A program made the position numbers and the translations under genes. From Mizuhopecten yessoensis (Eukaryota): 64,000 nt of DNA. Positions 1 to 14,600 of the stretch are shown here, one piece after another. The notes below the pieces were generated by a model, which saw only the letters and a list, made by a program, of their open reading frames with translations, did not search any database and was not told where the DNA came from. Every line of letters starts with the position of its first letter. Position 1 is the stretch's first letter. The stretch is taken from assembly GCF_002113885.1 (NCBI RefSeq), contig NW_018408891.1, positions 621,633 to 685,632 on the forward strand, given 5' to 3'.

Positions 1-519
1 ACGTTCAGCATCTCCATACACTGTACACGAACCCTGGGAGAGCAGCTCTAAATCCACGTTCAGCATCTCCATACACTGTACACGAACCCTGGGGGAGTAG
101 CTCTAAATCCACGTTCAGCATCTCCATACACTGTACACGAACCCTGGGAGGGCAGCTCTAAATCCACGTTCAGCATCTCGATACACTGTACACGAACCCT
201 GGGAGAGTAGCTCTAAATCCACGTTCAGCATCTCCATACACTGTACACGAACCCTTGGAGAGTAGCTCTAAATCCAAGTTCAGTATCTCCATACACTGTA
301 CACGAACCCTGGGAGAGTAGCTCTAAATCCACGTTCAGCATATCCATACACTGTACACGAACCCTGGGAGAGTAGCTCTAAATCCAAGTTCAGTATCTCC
401 ATACACTGTACACGAACCCTGGGAGAGTAGCTCTAAATCCACGTTCTGTATCTCCATGCATTGTACACGAACCCTGGAAAAGAAGCTCTAAATCCACGTT
501 CAGCATATCCATGCATTGT
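1..519. repeat. 55-bp tandem minisatellite, ~9.4 copies, truncated by the window start
   Basis: Unit ACGTTCAGCATCTCCATACACTGTACACGAACCCTGGGAGAGTAGCTCTAAATCC recurs at 1, 56, 111, 166 ... 496. Confidence 0.97.
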
Positions 520-2400
520 TCAAGTGTAGTGTTATAATACGCAACAAAGAGGTCTTTTTGTATTATACAGTTCTGGTCCTTGCATGTAGGAGAAATCTAA
601 ATATTTGGAAAACGCAAATAATATTTTTTACGGATATTTCGGGAAGTATATGTACCAATCAGATACTTGCATTCTGACACAAGTTCGAGCCATAATGTAT
701 GATCTCATCATTAAACTTATGTGATGCATTTAGCCGATCAGATGCGAACATGCATTTATACCGGAACAGGGTAACACTACTTCTTCGTGGCAAGAAAACA
801 CAACTATTTAATTTCGCGATTAATCATGGTTTTACGGCGGCAAAAACAGCGTAAAGCAATGATTAATCGAGGGAAATAGAGAGAACTGTTTCCCAGCCGC
901 TAAGGCGATGAATATATAATTTCACCGAAATAGACCAATAACACACCAATAAAGGTTGATAAGGCTATCGCGCGATAGTTGATGTCTGCTTTAGTCACTT
1001 GAACTCATGTGAGGTGCGTCCTGCTTATTTTTCTAGAGAGGTTCCGAATAACGGAAATATGACTGGGGAAACTCGAGCGCGTGAGGTAAATTGATATTTT
1101 ATTTCCCTATCATGTGATAAATATAATCGAACCATGCAGGTACAATATTACACTTGTATAGAGGAGGAATACGTGTATACACTGTACACTATGACAATCG
1201 TGTAACTAAAAGGTTCATAAATACATTCAAATATATCATGATGGATTGTTGAGATACATATATTGGTTCTTCTTTCATCGAACAGCTAACTTAAAAAAGC
1301 TCGGTCATGCCGACTTGATGGTGTTATCACCTAGAATATACGTGTTCATGTATTGTATGTGTAGGAGAGTAATAATGTACCTGTCATACATGCACCTACA
1401 GGTAACGAATGCACCCCGTCAATGTAGGATTAACATTCAGGAGTCTTGGAGGAATTCCACATGGTGTTAAACTTTGACATTCCTTGATGACTCACTTGGG
1501 GTATACTTGTATATAGGTCCCACATAATATTCTAATGCAATCAAATGTTTTTAAAAAGAGGAAATTATTTATTTTGAATTACTAAAATATATAAATAAAT
1601 AAACAATTTCTTGATACACATGTAAAAGAAAATCTTAAAAATCGATAGTGATCTTCTCGCGTTGGAAATAGGATATTTCCCATTTAGATCATGACGGCAA
1701 CCATACTCCCAATAGTCTACGTCAACCTGTATCTCTCTTAAGAATATATTTGCATGATGTATTGCAGAAAATCATTGGGGTTCTTCTTTTATGTGAATGA
1801 ACCAGCGACCTTTCCGTACAAACCAATACTGACAAGTGTGCTCTGCATAACAATCGTTTTTCATCCTCAATTTATAATAATAAAACTTCCCAATCGGTAC
1901 TCAGTCGCACTTTCTCTCGCCATACAATGGCTGACACTGACAAAATACCGCCGATGATCAGAGGCAACAGACCAAATATCAACATATCTGATTTATAAAT
2001 CGAGAAAGAAGGAGAAACAATCTTCACGAGTATAAATAAGATTTCAAATGAAACATGAAATATGCAATAACATTGAATTTCTCTGACTTTAAGAGGAAAA
2101 TAGGGTATGATTTACTTAACCTTTTGACCCCTCGTGATATCATTGGCGTTTGACATCCATTGTGACATTTCGTTGAACTCAATTTGCACAAAAGTTCATG
2201 ATTCATTATCGACCTAGGTGTGTTCGTTCTTATTCAGTCGTAGTGTAACATCGCATGTAATTGGTCAACATGTATACTTTGCGACCGTACAACGAGAATA
2301 TATTGCTCGCAAAAATATCATTTGCATATGAAGCAAGGATGGTGATTGTTAATGGTGTTTCTGACCCCGAGACACCCTGACCAGAATGAAATTAATTTTA

Positions 2401-2624
2401 ATGACGTCGAGAACGATTGCCTGACAACGAAACGTCCGTATAATAATGACGTCGAGAACGATTGCCTGACAACGAAACGTCCGTATAATAATGACGTCGA
2501 GAACGATTGCCTGACAACTAAACGTCCATATAATAATGACGTCGAGAACGATTGCCTGACAACGAAACGTCCGTATAATAATGACGTCGAGAACGATTGC
2601 CTGACAACGAAACGTCCGTATAAT
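2401..2624. repeat. 45-bp tandem repeat, 5 near-identical copies
   Basis: Unit ATGACGTCGAGAACGATTGCCTGACAACGAAACGTCCGTATAATA at 2401, 2446, 2491, 2536, 2581. It explains the repetitive ORF 2346..2702. Confidence 0.97.
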
Positions 2625-3263
2625 TCCGCCTCACTTTGGATGTCACTTACGTCACTAATAGTGACCCGGATTTCTAAAAAAACCCAACGAAGGTTTATCT
2701 AAATTATGAATAACAGGGGGAATACCTTTACTGTGGGTTAAAATTAGCGTAGGAGTATTGTGATTATACTGTCGCAAATTTGCGCTTTTCTACAACTTTC
2801 AACTCTGCTCCACCCGTCTTTATTAAAAACTCTATAGGAGAGAGTATAACCATGATATAGGACCGAAAAGTACAGTAAGCCATGGCCGGATGTATTCCCT
2901 AATAAGGAAAATAAACTGATTAAGTCAATTTTCTAAATAATTTTAAAATGTATGAGGAATTATGAGTGTTTTTTTTTTGTAAAACGATGGCAGGTTTTTC
3001 AAAAAGATTGATCTAGGTCTAAACTGTGTTTCAAGGACTCGCACAACTAAATCAGCCAATCAGCAAGTGTTTCGTACGATTGTATTCCCTACCTAAATTT
3101 GTTCCGGTTAAATACAGTGCCTCTGAGTAGTTTAAATAGGTAATTGTTGACATATTTTACATTGAATGAAATCTACAGATATTGAACTTTTGAAAAACAT
3201 ATAGTTTTAGTAGATTTTGATATGTGATTGCGGATTGATATGGGGTGAAAAGTCGGGGGGGGG

Positions 3264-3316
3264 NNNNNNNNNNNNNNNNNNNNNNNNNNNNNNNNNNNNN
3301 NNNNNNNNNNNNNNNN
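3264..3316. other. Assembly gap (53 N)
   Basis: Run of N following a poly-G tract. Confidence 0.99.
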
Positions 3317-6186
3317 TTTGAAGCCTTTGTCAAGTATGTTTTTGTGAATCAAACAGTTGTCACCAGTTTTGAACTAGAAAATATAAACGTCATTAGCTCA
3401 AAAGCTTAGTTATAACATATAGTAAATACATTATCTGTGTGAGTCCTTTAAGGTATATACGGAATCGGACAAAAGGACCAGTGTAAGAGCTACCTCTCTT
3501 GGCGGTGTTCATATTGAGGTTAGGCATGCGCACATAATATGGTGACATCTTGCCTTACACGGTTTTCTGCTAAGCATGTCAGTTTACTAAACACAATCAC
3601 GCATTGGAGGGCACACACGGAATCCAATAATTAAGTCAACTTGTGTTCACGCATGTCCACTCCCACACTTGCTAGTTTCATGACTGAAATGCAAATTAGC
3701 TTGTCATCAATGTCAGACGAAAAGTGGCATTTGATTGGAAGATGATTACATATCTCGTGGGATTTAGGTATAATCACATGTCGAAACCCCGAGAAAAGCT
3801 CGATCGTATATGTACACAAGCGATGGCTAATGTCGGTGTTATATTTCTGATCACTGGCGTGCCAGGATTTAGCGAGGCCACAAAACGAACTTCTTTACGT
3901 GCGAGGTAATAAACAGCTAGAATTGCGATCGACTTCATTCAAAAAATGATGTAAGAACTTCAGGTTTTGCTAGTAATTTATACAGAATATAATCATAAGT
4001 TTATGTTTAGTTTCATACTCATTAAAATTTTACCTTATACATGCATTTAAACTATTATTTCTTTTGAATTATTTCATTTTAAATTAAATGTCTATTTTGA
4101 ACATCATTTCGTTTAAACTATAAATTCATTTTATTTGTAAGTTTTATTTCATTTAACCATCATTTCAATGTATTTTGACTTTGATCCCACTTTAAATTTC
4201 ACTTTTGATTCAATTTTTATTTTGATCAAACAAATTGTTTTTTGTCCCTGCTGACTTGCAATTGCATTTACAGTCATTAAAAGAGGTCGTCGGTCGTGTA
4301 AGCCACTCTACAGCTTAAGAAGGCACTATTTCTGAGCCATTAAAATCAAACTAAAGTGTATGTACTGATATGTAAGTGTTATTGTAATGGAGAAGGCGTT
4401 TGTCAGGCCAAGTATATCTGATGATTTATAGGTAAGGGAGTAAAGAAAACAATCAATACCGTTACAGACATTTGAACTACCAAGTGTTGTGTCCCTTTGT
4501 TAATACAAATAAAGGTCTACCGAGGCTAAGATGTTGTATGCCCGGACATATTTTGTTCGCGTAATGTTTATATAAACATTCCCCCTAGACGGAATTGCTG
4601 GTGTAACCAACACAGCTATATTGATGCCGCGATTGTGTCCTAAGTCCTAAGAATCCGATGCTTGTTACGAGTACATTAATGACGTCACTAATTATCATTA
4701 CAAACTTCCTAGTTGAAACTACTTCCGTAAGAAGCGCTCTCTGATAGGTTGATTAACATCAGTTATAATTGGTTGTGCAAGTTTGCGTACAATGTCAGTT
4801 CCTGTCGATGCTGTTGCGTTTTTGCAGTTTGTAGCCGTTTTTCATTCCGACATGGAACATACAGTGTACATTTTTTTGACGGAGATGGTTTTCTGGTAAG
4901 TTAGAGGTGAATAAAGGTTTCTCGAGACTCTGTTTTATATAAAGTTTGACCTATCGTCTTTGGATAATTAGTCATTTTAGAAAGTACACTGTAAAAACTA
5001 GATCAAGAACACGAGTTCCTTAAGCGACGTGTACTGGTATAAGACAGAAGCTTGCAAGTGAATATATTTCAGATAAATGATAGAATTGAAAGTTTTCTTT
5101 CCAAACAGATTCTTATCAGACAAGAAATAATTGAGAGTTGGTTTATGCCACATACCTATTTTCTACAAAGATACATCAACCGTTCTTTAACCTAGAACGG
5201 AAATAGACTGGGAGAGGTAATGCCGGCGACCCGGGTGACACGACAGCCTGGGTCGTCAGCGCACTCCGGCACCGGAAGTTGGAGTTAGAGTACGTCACGT
5301 GGCAGCAGAAAACAGATCACGCTTCTGTGACCTCCAGGCATAAAGCTGTCCATACGCTGGTACGCCGGTGAAACCACCAATTTTTTAAACAGACCCCCCC
5401 CCCCCATTTTTTTTTTTTTTTTTACTACGAATTGCACTCATTGTCGCCCTACCAAAACTCTGACCTGGACCCGCTCCTAAATAAATCCACTCCAAAAAGG
5501 GCTAGCTACGTCCTGATCTCATAGAAAGCTTCAAGAAAAAACCCGTTTGTTGTACACGAATGAAGTGTGTTTCTGAATTTTGGGCTCTAATCAAACTATT
5601 AGTTCAGTTCTTTGAAAGAAAAATACGTATTTTATCAAAACAAAGCATGGTCTTTTCCTATTGATTTAATGACATGGTTGGTTTGTGTGCAATATCTTTG
5701 GCGAAATGAAGTGACATGTCTTTCGACGCGAACGCATGACTTATTGGAGTCATATTGTGTCATGAAAGATGTGATGTTGTCATTATTGAAATTATTTCTT
5801 AAAATTTCAGGTCACATTAGGTCCTTTCTACAAAGATATTCATCAACAAAACTATTTGCTGTTCCATCTGATATTTTGGTTCAAAAGTCATTCGCTCCAG
5901 CTAAAATCCGTTTTCTTATAGACAGATACAACTTCTAAAGACTCGTAAAGTGCTCTTTTCCCCCGCGGACAGTTTTCTACCTGTCTCTATTGTCTCGGCC
6001 AATACTGTGGATGGATTTCGATCAGCCGCTATCGTAAAGGACTCTCCAAAACTTGCTGTAAACCTTTTAATCTGTGTTCATTTTTTTACAGCATGAAATT
6101 ATACAAAAATCTGTTCGACTACTTTTAACCAGCGTATGGTACACCCTGTATTAAAAACCTCAATTTTTAAGACTTGTCATTATTGA

Positions 6187-6214
6187 GAAGAAGAAGAAGA
6201 AGAAGAAGAAGAAG

Positions 6215-6246
<32 letters not shown>

Positions 6247-6272
6247 GAAGAGGAAGAGGGGGAGGAGGAAGA
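6187..6272. repeat. (GAA)n microsatellite grading into GAG-rich purine tract
   Basis: About 19 perfect GAA units followed by degenerate GAG units. Confidence 0.95.
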
Positions 6273-9200
6273 TAAAGTGTTTTCCAGCTAACCACAAAGT
6301 TCTCGTTGATAGTTGTAAACCCTGTAAAGATCAAATCTCGAGCAAACTCCTCTGTTTAAAAAAAATGTAATATGTAAAAATGTTTTATTTCTGTAAGTAA
6401 TCAAATAAGGGCGTTTCCTTTAGTAGAACCTATACTGAAATGCTTTGTGGACCGCGGTCTTACAATTAACAAAAAATCACTAACTCTACTTACAAAATCA
6501 AGATGAGACACGGAATTTCTTCATAAATGCGATATATTCACATTTTCTCCCCCCTTTAATACCCCCCCACCACAAAAAAGAGACATACATGTTTGTACAT
6601 GTAGCATGTTCCGTACCACACAGACAACACATTTCGTCATCATCAATAAGACTTGTCTTGATCGTTTGTTTGGTCAAATAATTTATTCGTGACATTTTTG
6701 GATTACTCGTCACTTCGTCAGACTGATTTAACACGTTATCAAAACATATCGCTGTTCTGCACGTGCATTGTCTTACCTCGGTCCTGTCCTAGGGATTATC
6801 GGTCAGTGAGACAGCGAATCTCTATAGTAACAACGTAGTTGAGACTTTACATTGCTGATGAGGTACGCGTAGTTTTCGTGAGGCTGCCCGCTTAAAGACA
6901 AGCGTCTGACCGACTTGGATATAAAGATGTCGGCGACTCTGTACCCGCGCTTGTCATTGGGATGACACGGTTAAGACATTAGGCAGATTACACTTCCAAG
7001 TGATAAATGGCCAAATTATTTCCAAACGAGAGAGAAACTCAATAAACGTCAGGAAAATCGTGCGTGGATTTAGTGTATCAAGCTAACCTCCATGACACGG
7101 AGTCAACCCCGTGACACGAATTTCCGCGCGCGCTCCAGAACAATATTCGCGTTTTCCCTTGTTAGTGTATGTCTGGGAAAGCAGCAGCAAGAATGGTTCC
7201 CGTACTTTGGTATTTTCAGAAGTGTTCAACCGAGAATGCAATTAATTAGGCCTGGAGATTAATTCTTCAGGTTCCTAATCTGATTCCGCACCAGTGCTAA
7301 CGACGGCCTGATCAACTCATTATATAAAAATGGACAAACGGTGCACGCGACAGCCACGAAAGGAAACTTTACTATGATTCTGAATTCTGTTAAAAAACAT
7401 CATATCAACGCTAACCTTTCAAGAGGTACTTTCCGCGGTTATTTTTCAATTGATTTGGAAAAGAAGATAATGATGATTATGAGATTGCTTGTCGAACTTT
7501 CTAGTCTTCCGTTTCATGTCGAATTAAAAAACCCGGTATATTATCATTTGATTTCGTTCAAGCTTGAGAACTAAAAGATAAGTTCTTGCATTAACTTTAT
7601 TATTTGATTTGAAAACTATTTATGCGTTGTATTTACATTTCGTTTTCATTTCGGAATTGAACTTTAATTTGCGCAAACAATGTTTTTTTGACTCTAATAA
7701 CAATGTAAGATGATTTTATCACAATCAAACGTTGTTTTAGTTCTTAACAGATCAAAGATTGCTTTGCGAATTTACAATTAAAAACACTTGCTTGCAGATG
7801 TAATTTTAATATAGATATAACTATTTTTATCGATAAATTCCCTTTCGATAATAGTGAATTAATTCAATGATTCTGATAAAATATTTTGACTTATAAGCTC
7901 GCAAATTAGACGTTATAACTTAAACTTCGACCAATAAACGTGATATTTTGACTTACCCGAAATTTCGAGAAACATTGTTAATGTTATAAGAGAAAGTTCG
8001 AGTTTTTCAGTCAAAATGTCGAGTAAGTACCTGTACCTCGAAATATCGAGTATCGTACAATTTCGAGTTACGACAGTGGGGCATAAAAAAACGTTTCTTC
8101 TTCACATTGAAAAAAACCGCGGAACAAGTACATACATATGTACATCTATTTTCCTTAGTGGTTAATGATTTTCTCTGACTTGATGTGAAAGTTATTTTTT
8201 TCGCTGCAGCCAAACTCTAGATAATTAGTTCGTAGTTATCCTCGGGAAGAGAAATAACTGGAAGTTCTTTTATATTAAACGCAACACATTGTATAAATCA
8301 GGAAAAATATATAGATATATATTTATATAGTGTATGCTTAAAATGCAAGAAAGCGTGCAAGTGTTCTAGGATACATTTAACATAACCATATTTGACTGTA
8401 GAATAAGCTGTCACAGAAATTGTTCAGTCCAAGTGTCTCATTTTCTTAGCTTGCTAAAGCCGTGGCCAGGTTTCTTTTGATATTTATTTTTATAATTCTT
8501 GTCGTTCCTTAGGCACCTTAAGGATTGTGTCACCATTTCTTAGAAGAATTTCTTCAAATTGTGTAGTTATATTGCTTTGAAGTAAAGAAAATTTTAAGGA
8601 TTTTAAATGGAAATCTATGTAAAAAGGAGTGAATTTTGAAGAAAACAAATGAAAGACACAATTCTTTGCAAAATAATGTCAATAAAAATGATACTGCCAA
8701 AGATTAGTATTGCATTAATGTATATCAATTTAATAAATGTTGAAATTGTGTAAAATAAAGTATCTATAAACGATTAAAAATGGCCATGTTATAAAAAAAA
8801 CATACACACCTATGAAAAAAGTAGTGAAATAGGTAGCTGGTTTCCTGAAGTACAGTAAAATGCACACATGTGACTCATTGATAAAAAAAAACCTGAAATA
8901 ATGCACGGATTGCTTTAAAATACTTTAATATTGAGAGAACACACGGTTCTGTCAATAATAAACCTACAATATTCATCACAACTCTAGACTCATTAGTATA
9001 TGCGGAATTTGTGATAATGTCTCCCTACATTGGATTTTCAACTAGGGATGTATTTCCTATTTCCGTTTATCAATACTCTTATAAGACCTTAATGGCAATT
9101 CCTGTTACCGCAAACAATCACATTTTCAACAAGAAATAATGAAAAATCTATCAACCTCATAACAATTCGATTGTCATGTGATAAACACCGCACAGCCAAT

Positions 9201-9649
9201 TCGACTGCTCTCGTAAGTCACTAAATCTTTCACGGATTTGAATTGACGTTTATGGTAAATATAACCAGAAATGACATAAAATAATAAAATGGTGTCTTTT
9301 GCTGGTGTGAAAGTCTATTTTCTATACAGAAATGGTGACCAGGTCGATAATTAGATCTTAGTCGATGTCAGAACGTTACATTGTATAACATAATACCTCG
9401 TGATAACTGGATTGGTATTTCTATGAATGCCTTGTTTTAACATCTGAGTTAGAAACCTCTGCATGTGGTCTGACGCCATGTCAATACAATCAGGTGGGTT
9501 TGACGTGGACGTGTCTGATTAAAACGACAGAAGCTGTGTCTTTCACGTGTCACGTGCAGCTCTAGGGCGTTTCCTCCTCTTATATTATTGACATGGTTAT
9601 TTGTAATTTCATATCTTGCCTATTCGTGACGACGCCATCGATGTTGTCT

Positions 9650-9862
9650 TTGGTAAAGGGATCTGGAAATTAAGACACTGCAGCCGTCTGCAGAGGGACC
9701 TGCTAATTCAGACGCAACTACTTTTTTCGGAGAGACTTGCAAATTAAGACACTCGAGTCTTTTTTTGGCAGAGTGACCTGCGAATAAGGGCAACCCAGAC
9801 GTCTTTGGCAGAGTGACTTGCAATTAAGGCGCTTCGTCGTCTTCGGGAGAGGGACGTGCAAT
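9650..9862. repeat. Degenerate ~40-45-bp tandem repeat
   Basis: Recurring GTCTTTGGCAGAG(T/G)GAC(C/T)TGC..AATTAAG motif, about 5 diverged copies. Confidence 0.6.
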
Positions 9863-10867
9863 ATTAATAATACTGATAATATTCATCTCACCTTATGGTT
9901 TGTCTCAAAATAATACATTGACTTCTTGTTCAGGTTATAAAATTGATAACATTTTCACATTTGATCTATTATTTGGAAGCATTTTGGAGAGATTTAAATC
10001 CGATTATTGTTTTCAGTGTTTATACTTACAAGAAATTTGGTTTGAGCACAGAACCCATGTTTGGGCATGGGCACGATTTCATGAGCATTCCCAGGTGTAT
10101 GTGGCCTGATTCTTACGACTGGATGGACGTCTCTGGGCTGAAGCTGAAGTAAGTATCATATCCGAAGTCAGTATGTGAATCAGAGATTGAACCATCCCTT
10201 CAAATTACCGGAGTTTCAGTGGTGACACCAGTTTTAGATTTATCGAAGGATTCATAAATGGAAACATCCATGCACGTCAGCAAGAGAAGGGGTGGTTCAG
10301 AGATGGAGTGAGCCCAGAAAGTCAGCGGGGATTTAGAGCTGTAATTAACTCTAGCTTACCAAATGTGACTTCCTTTGATATAATTTATTCCAATGATCAG
10401 TTGACGTTGTCTGATCGATAACGATTTAATGCAGACGTAACGTTATCTCCAGAACATTGTATAAACTGGACATGACTGATTTTGTCCACGAGTCAATATT
10501 TCTGTTATTTGGTGGACGGAAGACAGTCTGGAACCATGCTAAGACACTTACATAATTTGACCTATATCGTGACATTCGGAACAAAATCATGGTTACAGAT
10601 GTGTGCGCTGATTTTATTTTATTACAAATAATTCCATTCTTTAGAAATACGCACTGACATTTGCATGAATCTGGTTAATGATTCAAAGCAATTTGTCGAA
10701 TGGCTAATGTTTAGAAGAGAGACTAGCACTACGGTTACATGTATATGTCTCGTCTTCATTAACTTTAGATGTCGGGAGGACAAACCCCAAATAATCATGA
10801 TAACTAGGTCTTCGAAGATGCAAGCGAATTGTATAGAGATGACATATTGCAAGTAATACCAATCGAA

Positions 10868-11608
10868 TACAGTAAAACCTTGTTATACTTCCAGCATATG
10901 TCCAGAGACATTCTTGCGTTATAAAAGGTTTGGCGATTATTTGAGGGAAATGTAGAAAGGAATTCTTGAGAAAACAGTATACCGGGACATTGCAATTTGT
11001 TGGTTGTAAACGAGGTGGCAAATGAGACGAGGGGCAATATATCGAAGTTTTACTGTATATAAACTAGGGACAATATATCGAGGTTTTACTGTATATAAAC
11101 ACGGGACATTATATCGAAGTTTTACTGTATATAAACACGGGACATGATATGGAGGTTTTACTGTATATAAACTAGGGACATTATATCGAGGTTTTACTGC
11201 ATATAAACTAGGGACATTATATCGAGGTTTTACTGTATATAAACTAGGGACATTATATCGAGGTTTTACTGAATATAAACTAGGGACATTATATCGAAGC
11301 TTTACTCTATATGAACTAGGGACATTATATGGAGGTTTTACTGTATATAAACTAGGGACATTATATCGAAGTTTTACTGTATATAAACTAGGGATATTAT
11401 ATGGAGGTTTTACTTTATATAAACTAGGGACATGATATGGAGGTTTTACTGTATATAAACTAGGGACATTACATCGAAGTTGTACTGTAGTTTCACTGTA
11501 TATAAACTAGGGACATTATATCGAGGTTTTACTGCATATAAACTAGGGACATTATATCGAGGTTTTACTGCATATAAACAAGGAACCTTATATCGTGGTT
11601 TTACTGTA
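10868..11608. mobile_element. TA-flanked MITE (Tc1/mariner/pogo-type ends) whose right end is tandemly amplified
   Basis: Left end TA|CAGTAAAACCTTGTTATA (10868). Right-end motif TATATCGAGGTTTTACTG|TA is its approximate reverse complement, first seen at ~11038-11057 and last at ~11590-11608. Confidence 0.7.
11031..11608. repeat. 36-bp tandem array, ~16 copies
   Basis: Unit GGGACATTATATCGAGGTTTTACTGTATATAAACTA with period 36. Confidence 0.97.
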
Positions 11609-14600
11609 CTTCATTACCGTTCCCGAACTTAAGGGACTTGAATTGTTTCTTTGCATTATCAAAATCATGTAAAACAAACACATTTTTCAAACTTCAGTAA
11701 TGCTGTCTTTACGTTAATTTGAAGTGAGGATATTTAATTAAGATAAGGAATGTTTTTGAAACTGGGGCCAGACTACATTTTTCAAAAGTGTACATGTGAA
11801 GCACAAATAAAAAAACCTGGTATGTTGTTCCTAACACTCGTCAAAAATATTTGGTACTCAGCAATTTTTTTTCATCATATTGATTTTGATTTAAACATAT
11901 TTTTGTTTGCATCGATTATACAAAAGAGAAACACATTTCACTGAAGATACTCTAAACAATGTGCTCTTGTTATCCTCACACGTTGACGGCTGTATTGGAC
12001 ATTATGCTTGTATTTCACTGACTGTATCATTCAGGAACTACTGTTATTATGGGGAATTAGTCTAAAAAAAGAGTCATTTATTCAAATAGCTGACTTGAAT
12101 TATGATTTTGTAACCTACAAGCGTATTCCGTGTTTTTCGTTCACGTCTACCGAGCCTTAACCAGCACTAGTAGATATAAGATCTGTTGTTCCATTTTGTT
12201 GTCCCTAAATTTGACCACTCTGTTGTCGGCATCAGATCTGCGCTATCGGAAGTAGGCAAACACATGTACACTAACATACCGCCTCATACAGATCTGCAAA
12301 ACGTACATACTAGTCCTGATATGTGGAAAGGACGCTAAACTGAGTCAACCTAACCAACCTTCAGTTTGATATGAAACACGGTAGTAAATACATGAAAAAT
12401 TTCATTTTTGAGATAATTTTCAATGTGCGCTTACCGAAATATCTTGAACGCATAGTTAAATATAAACCAGTAAGCTTTAGCTATTGAAATGTACTAACAA
12501 TTTACGCGTTTTTTTTTTCTGTAATAAAAATGACAATGTCTTGTCAGCTATCCAACATAAACATTAATTACACAGCTATTTAATCCTTATTGACGTCTGT
12601 GTTTTGGTTATCGGTACCTATTTCGGAGCCTACGTCATGGTGAAAACAATCACATAAAAGGCGACAACAGTTCAACATATGGAAATAGAACCCTCGGAAA
12701 CCTTTATATAAACCGTTAACCGGCGTAGTTTAATTATAGATATATGTTTCACATTTGAATTAAAGATGCACTGAATACGGTATATATAATTATCACATAC
12801 GTACTTGTTGTCATCGAATGCTACAAAGATTTATTCTAGATTATAAACAAACTTTTTCTTCAATATTATGTCATTTTTACACCATGAAGTCGAGAACTCG
12901 TTTTATATGCTAGACCAACATTACTCTGACATTAAGATAGTAGACTGGTGTATATCCATCAGGGATCCTCTTACCGCAAAACAGCCACCGTTAAGTCGTG
13001 TATTTAAGATTAATGAAAAACCAACACAGCCACTGAAACATCCCGACTCGACTGTATCACACTTCGCAAGCTTTCCCGTACATATATTCTAACAAAATTA
13101 GCTTTGATATTTCTGAAATTGTTAAACGTAAAAACGTATATCCTCGGATTCTGAGTGACGTCCTTCAAAGACCCAACAATACATCGGTAATTTTTACACA
13201 TACGTTATAGAATACGATTTGAAAATTTGACTTCTTGTAAAAGTAAACCTACAACGCAGTCCCACACACATATAAATAGCATGACCTATTACCTCAATCT
13301 AACTCCAGCTCCGGGCGTCCGCTTACCAGATGAAATAAATTACCGTAATGTTTTTGAGCAACATTAGGGTTCCTAGATTGTGGTTACGTAACGTCAAACT
13401 GATTGTACGGAAATCGATTTTTTGCAGCTCTGATGATGCTAGGTTGGTCATTAAGACATATCTTCTTCTACAATTGGACAGCAAATTACTAGAATATATG
13501 TAACCATTTACAACCCTTAACGAGCGCTGTTTCTGTGAATAGGAACCCATCGATTAAACCATTAAGAAACGACATCGTCCTATTAAGGCTTACTGTATAC
13601 TGGAAATACTCGACCCATAAACTATATAAACAGATCCTCGTTATGTCGCAGTCATTGGGTCAATGACACCACATCGAGATAAATAGAGGCAGGGATAGGT
13701 ACATGGGTAGATGGTTAAGTTACATATATCTCGATGATTTGAGAAAAATCAGTGTAGAATTATTACTTTTATGGGGATTTTTTTTTCGTTGATTTCCTTG
13801 GTACTCCTCGTAAACGTTTTATGCCCGACACATATCGCTATATAAACCCCTGGTGTAATCCCCCCCCCCCCCCCCCCCCCCATCATTGCTTTAGTGTTTA
13901 TTCGGTCAAACCAAAGATCTATGGGCCAACTAAACGGGGATATTTGATGATTTTTAATTTGATATCAAATGTACAGTTTACTTCCCGAGTATGGACGAGA
14001 ACGAATGAGAGAAGCAATCGAAATACATCAGGAAACAAGCCGGGTCCTAAAGCCACGGGATAGTGTGAAATAGACTGGATAATCATTGGGCTTCACAGGT
14101 ACATTTATATGCATGTAAACTGATGTAATTCATCATGAACCAACTAGAGATATGGTAACACATTGGAATATTGTATAATCATATACCTTTGAAACGATTA
14201 AAAGACATTTCGTAGCATTCAATATCAGACATCTCTTTTTGCTGGACCATGTTGCATAATAAACATACCAGACGATTCGTTGTTAGCAGTTTTTTACAGC
14301 ACGATGATGTTGTAGAACACCCCATGGACCAAACGATAGGTGCAGCAATCACGGAGGCCTTTCTATCGTAAAGGTGTAGCTGTATGTTTGTATTACAGAT
14401 AAATCTTAATTGACGCCTTTAATTCAATCGTAAATATGTAATTGTGTATATTATGGTCCATGTATTATGTCTGTTAATTACAATTTTCAACTGAATTATA
14501 TCCCACATTAACAGTTCATTTGTATCTTGTGCACATAAAAAAAAACAGGCGTCTGTTTTCCAGAAATGAGACATACAAAATGTACGAATGGGTTAACGTT

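Noticed and set aside
2346-2702. 118-aa ORF with NDVENDCLTTKRPYN repeats; also CTGACAACGAAAC as a possible hammerhead core
   Set aside because: The ORF is a by-product of a 45-bp tandem repeat and starts at a non-ATG codon. There is no CUGANGA or stem II between CTGA and GAAA.
6700-7350. CpG-richer block with TATATAAA (7321) and a minus-strand donor-like site near 6777
   Set aside because: No ORF, matching acceptor or consistent orientation could be established from sequence alone.
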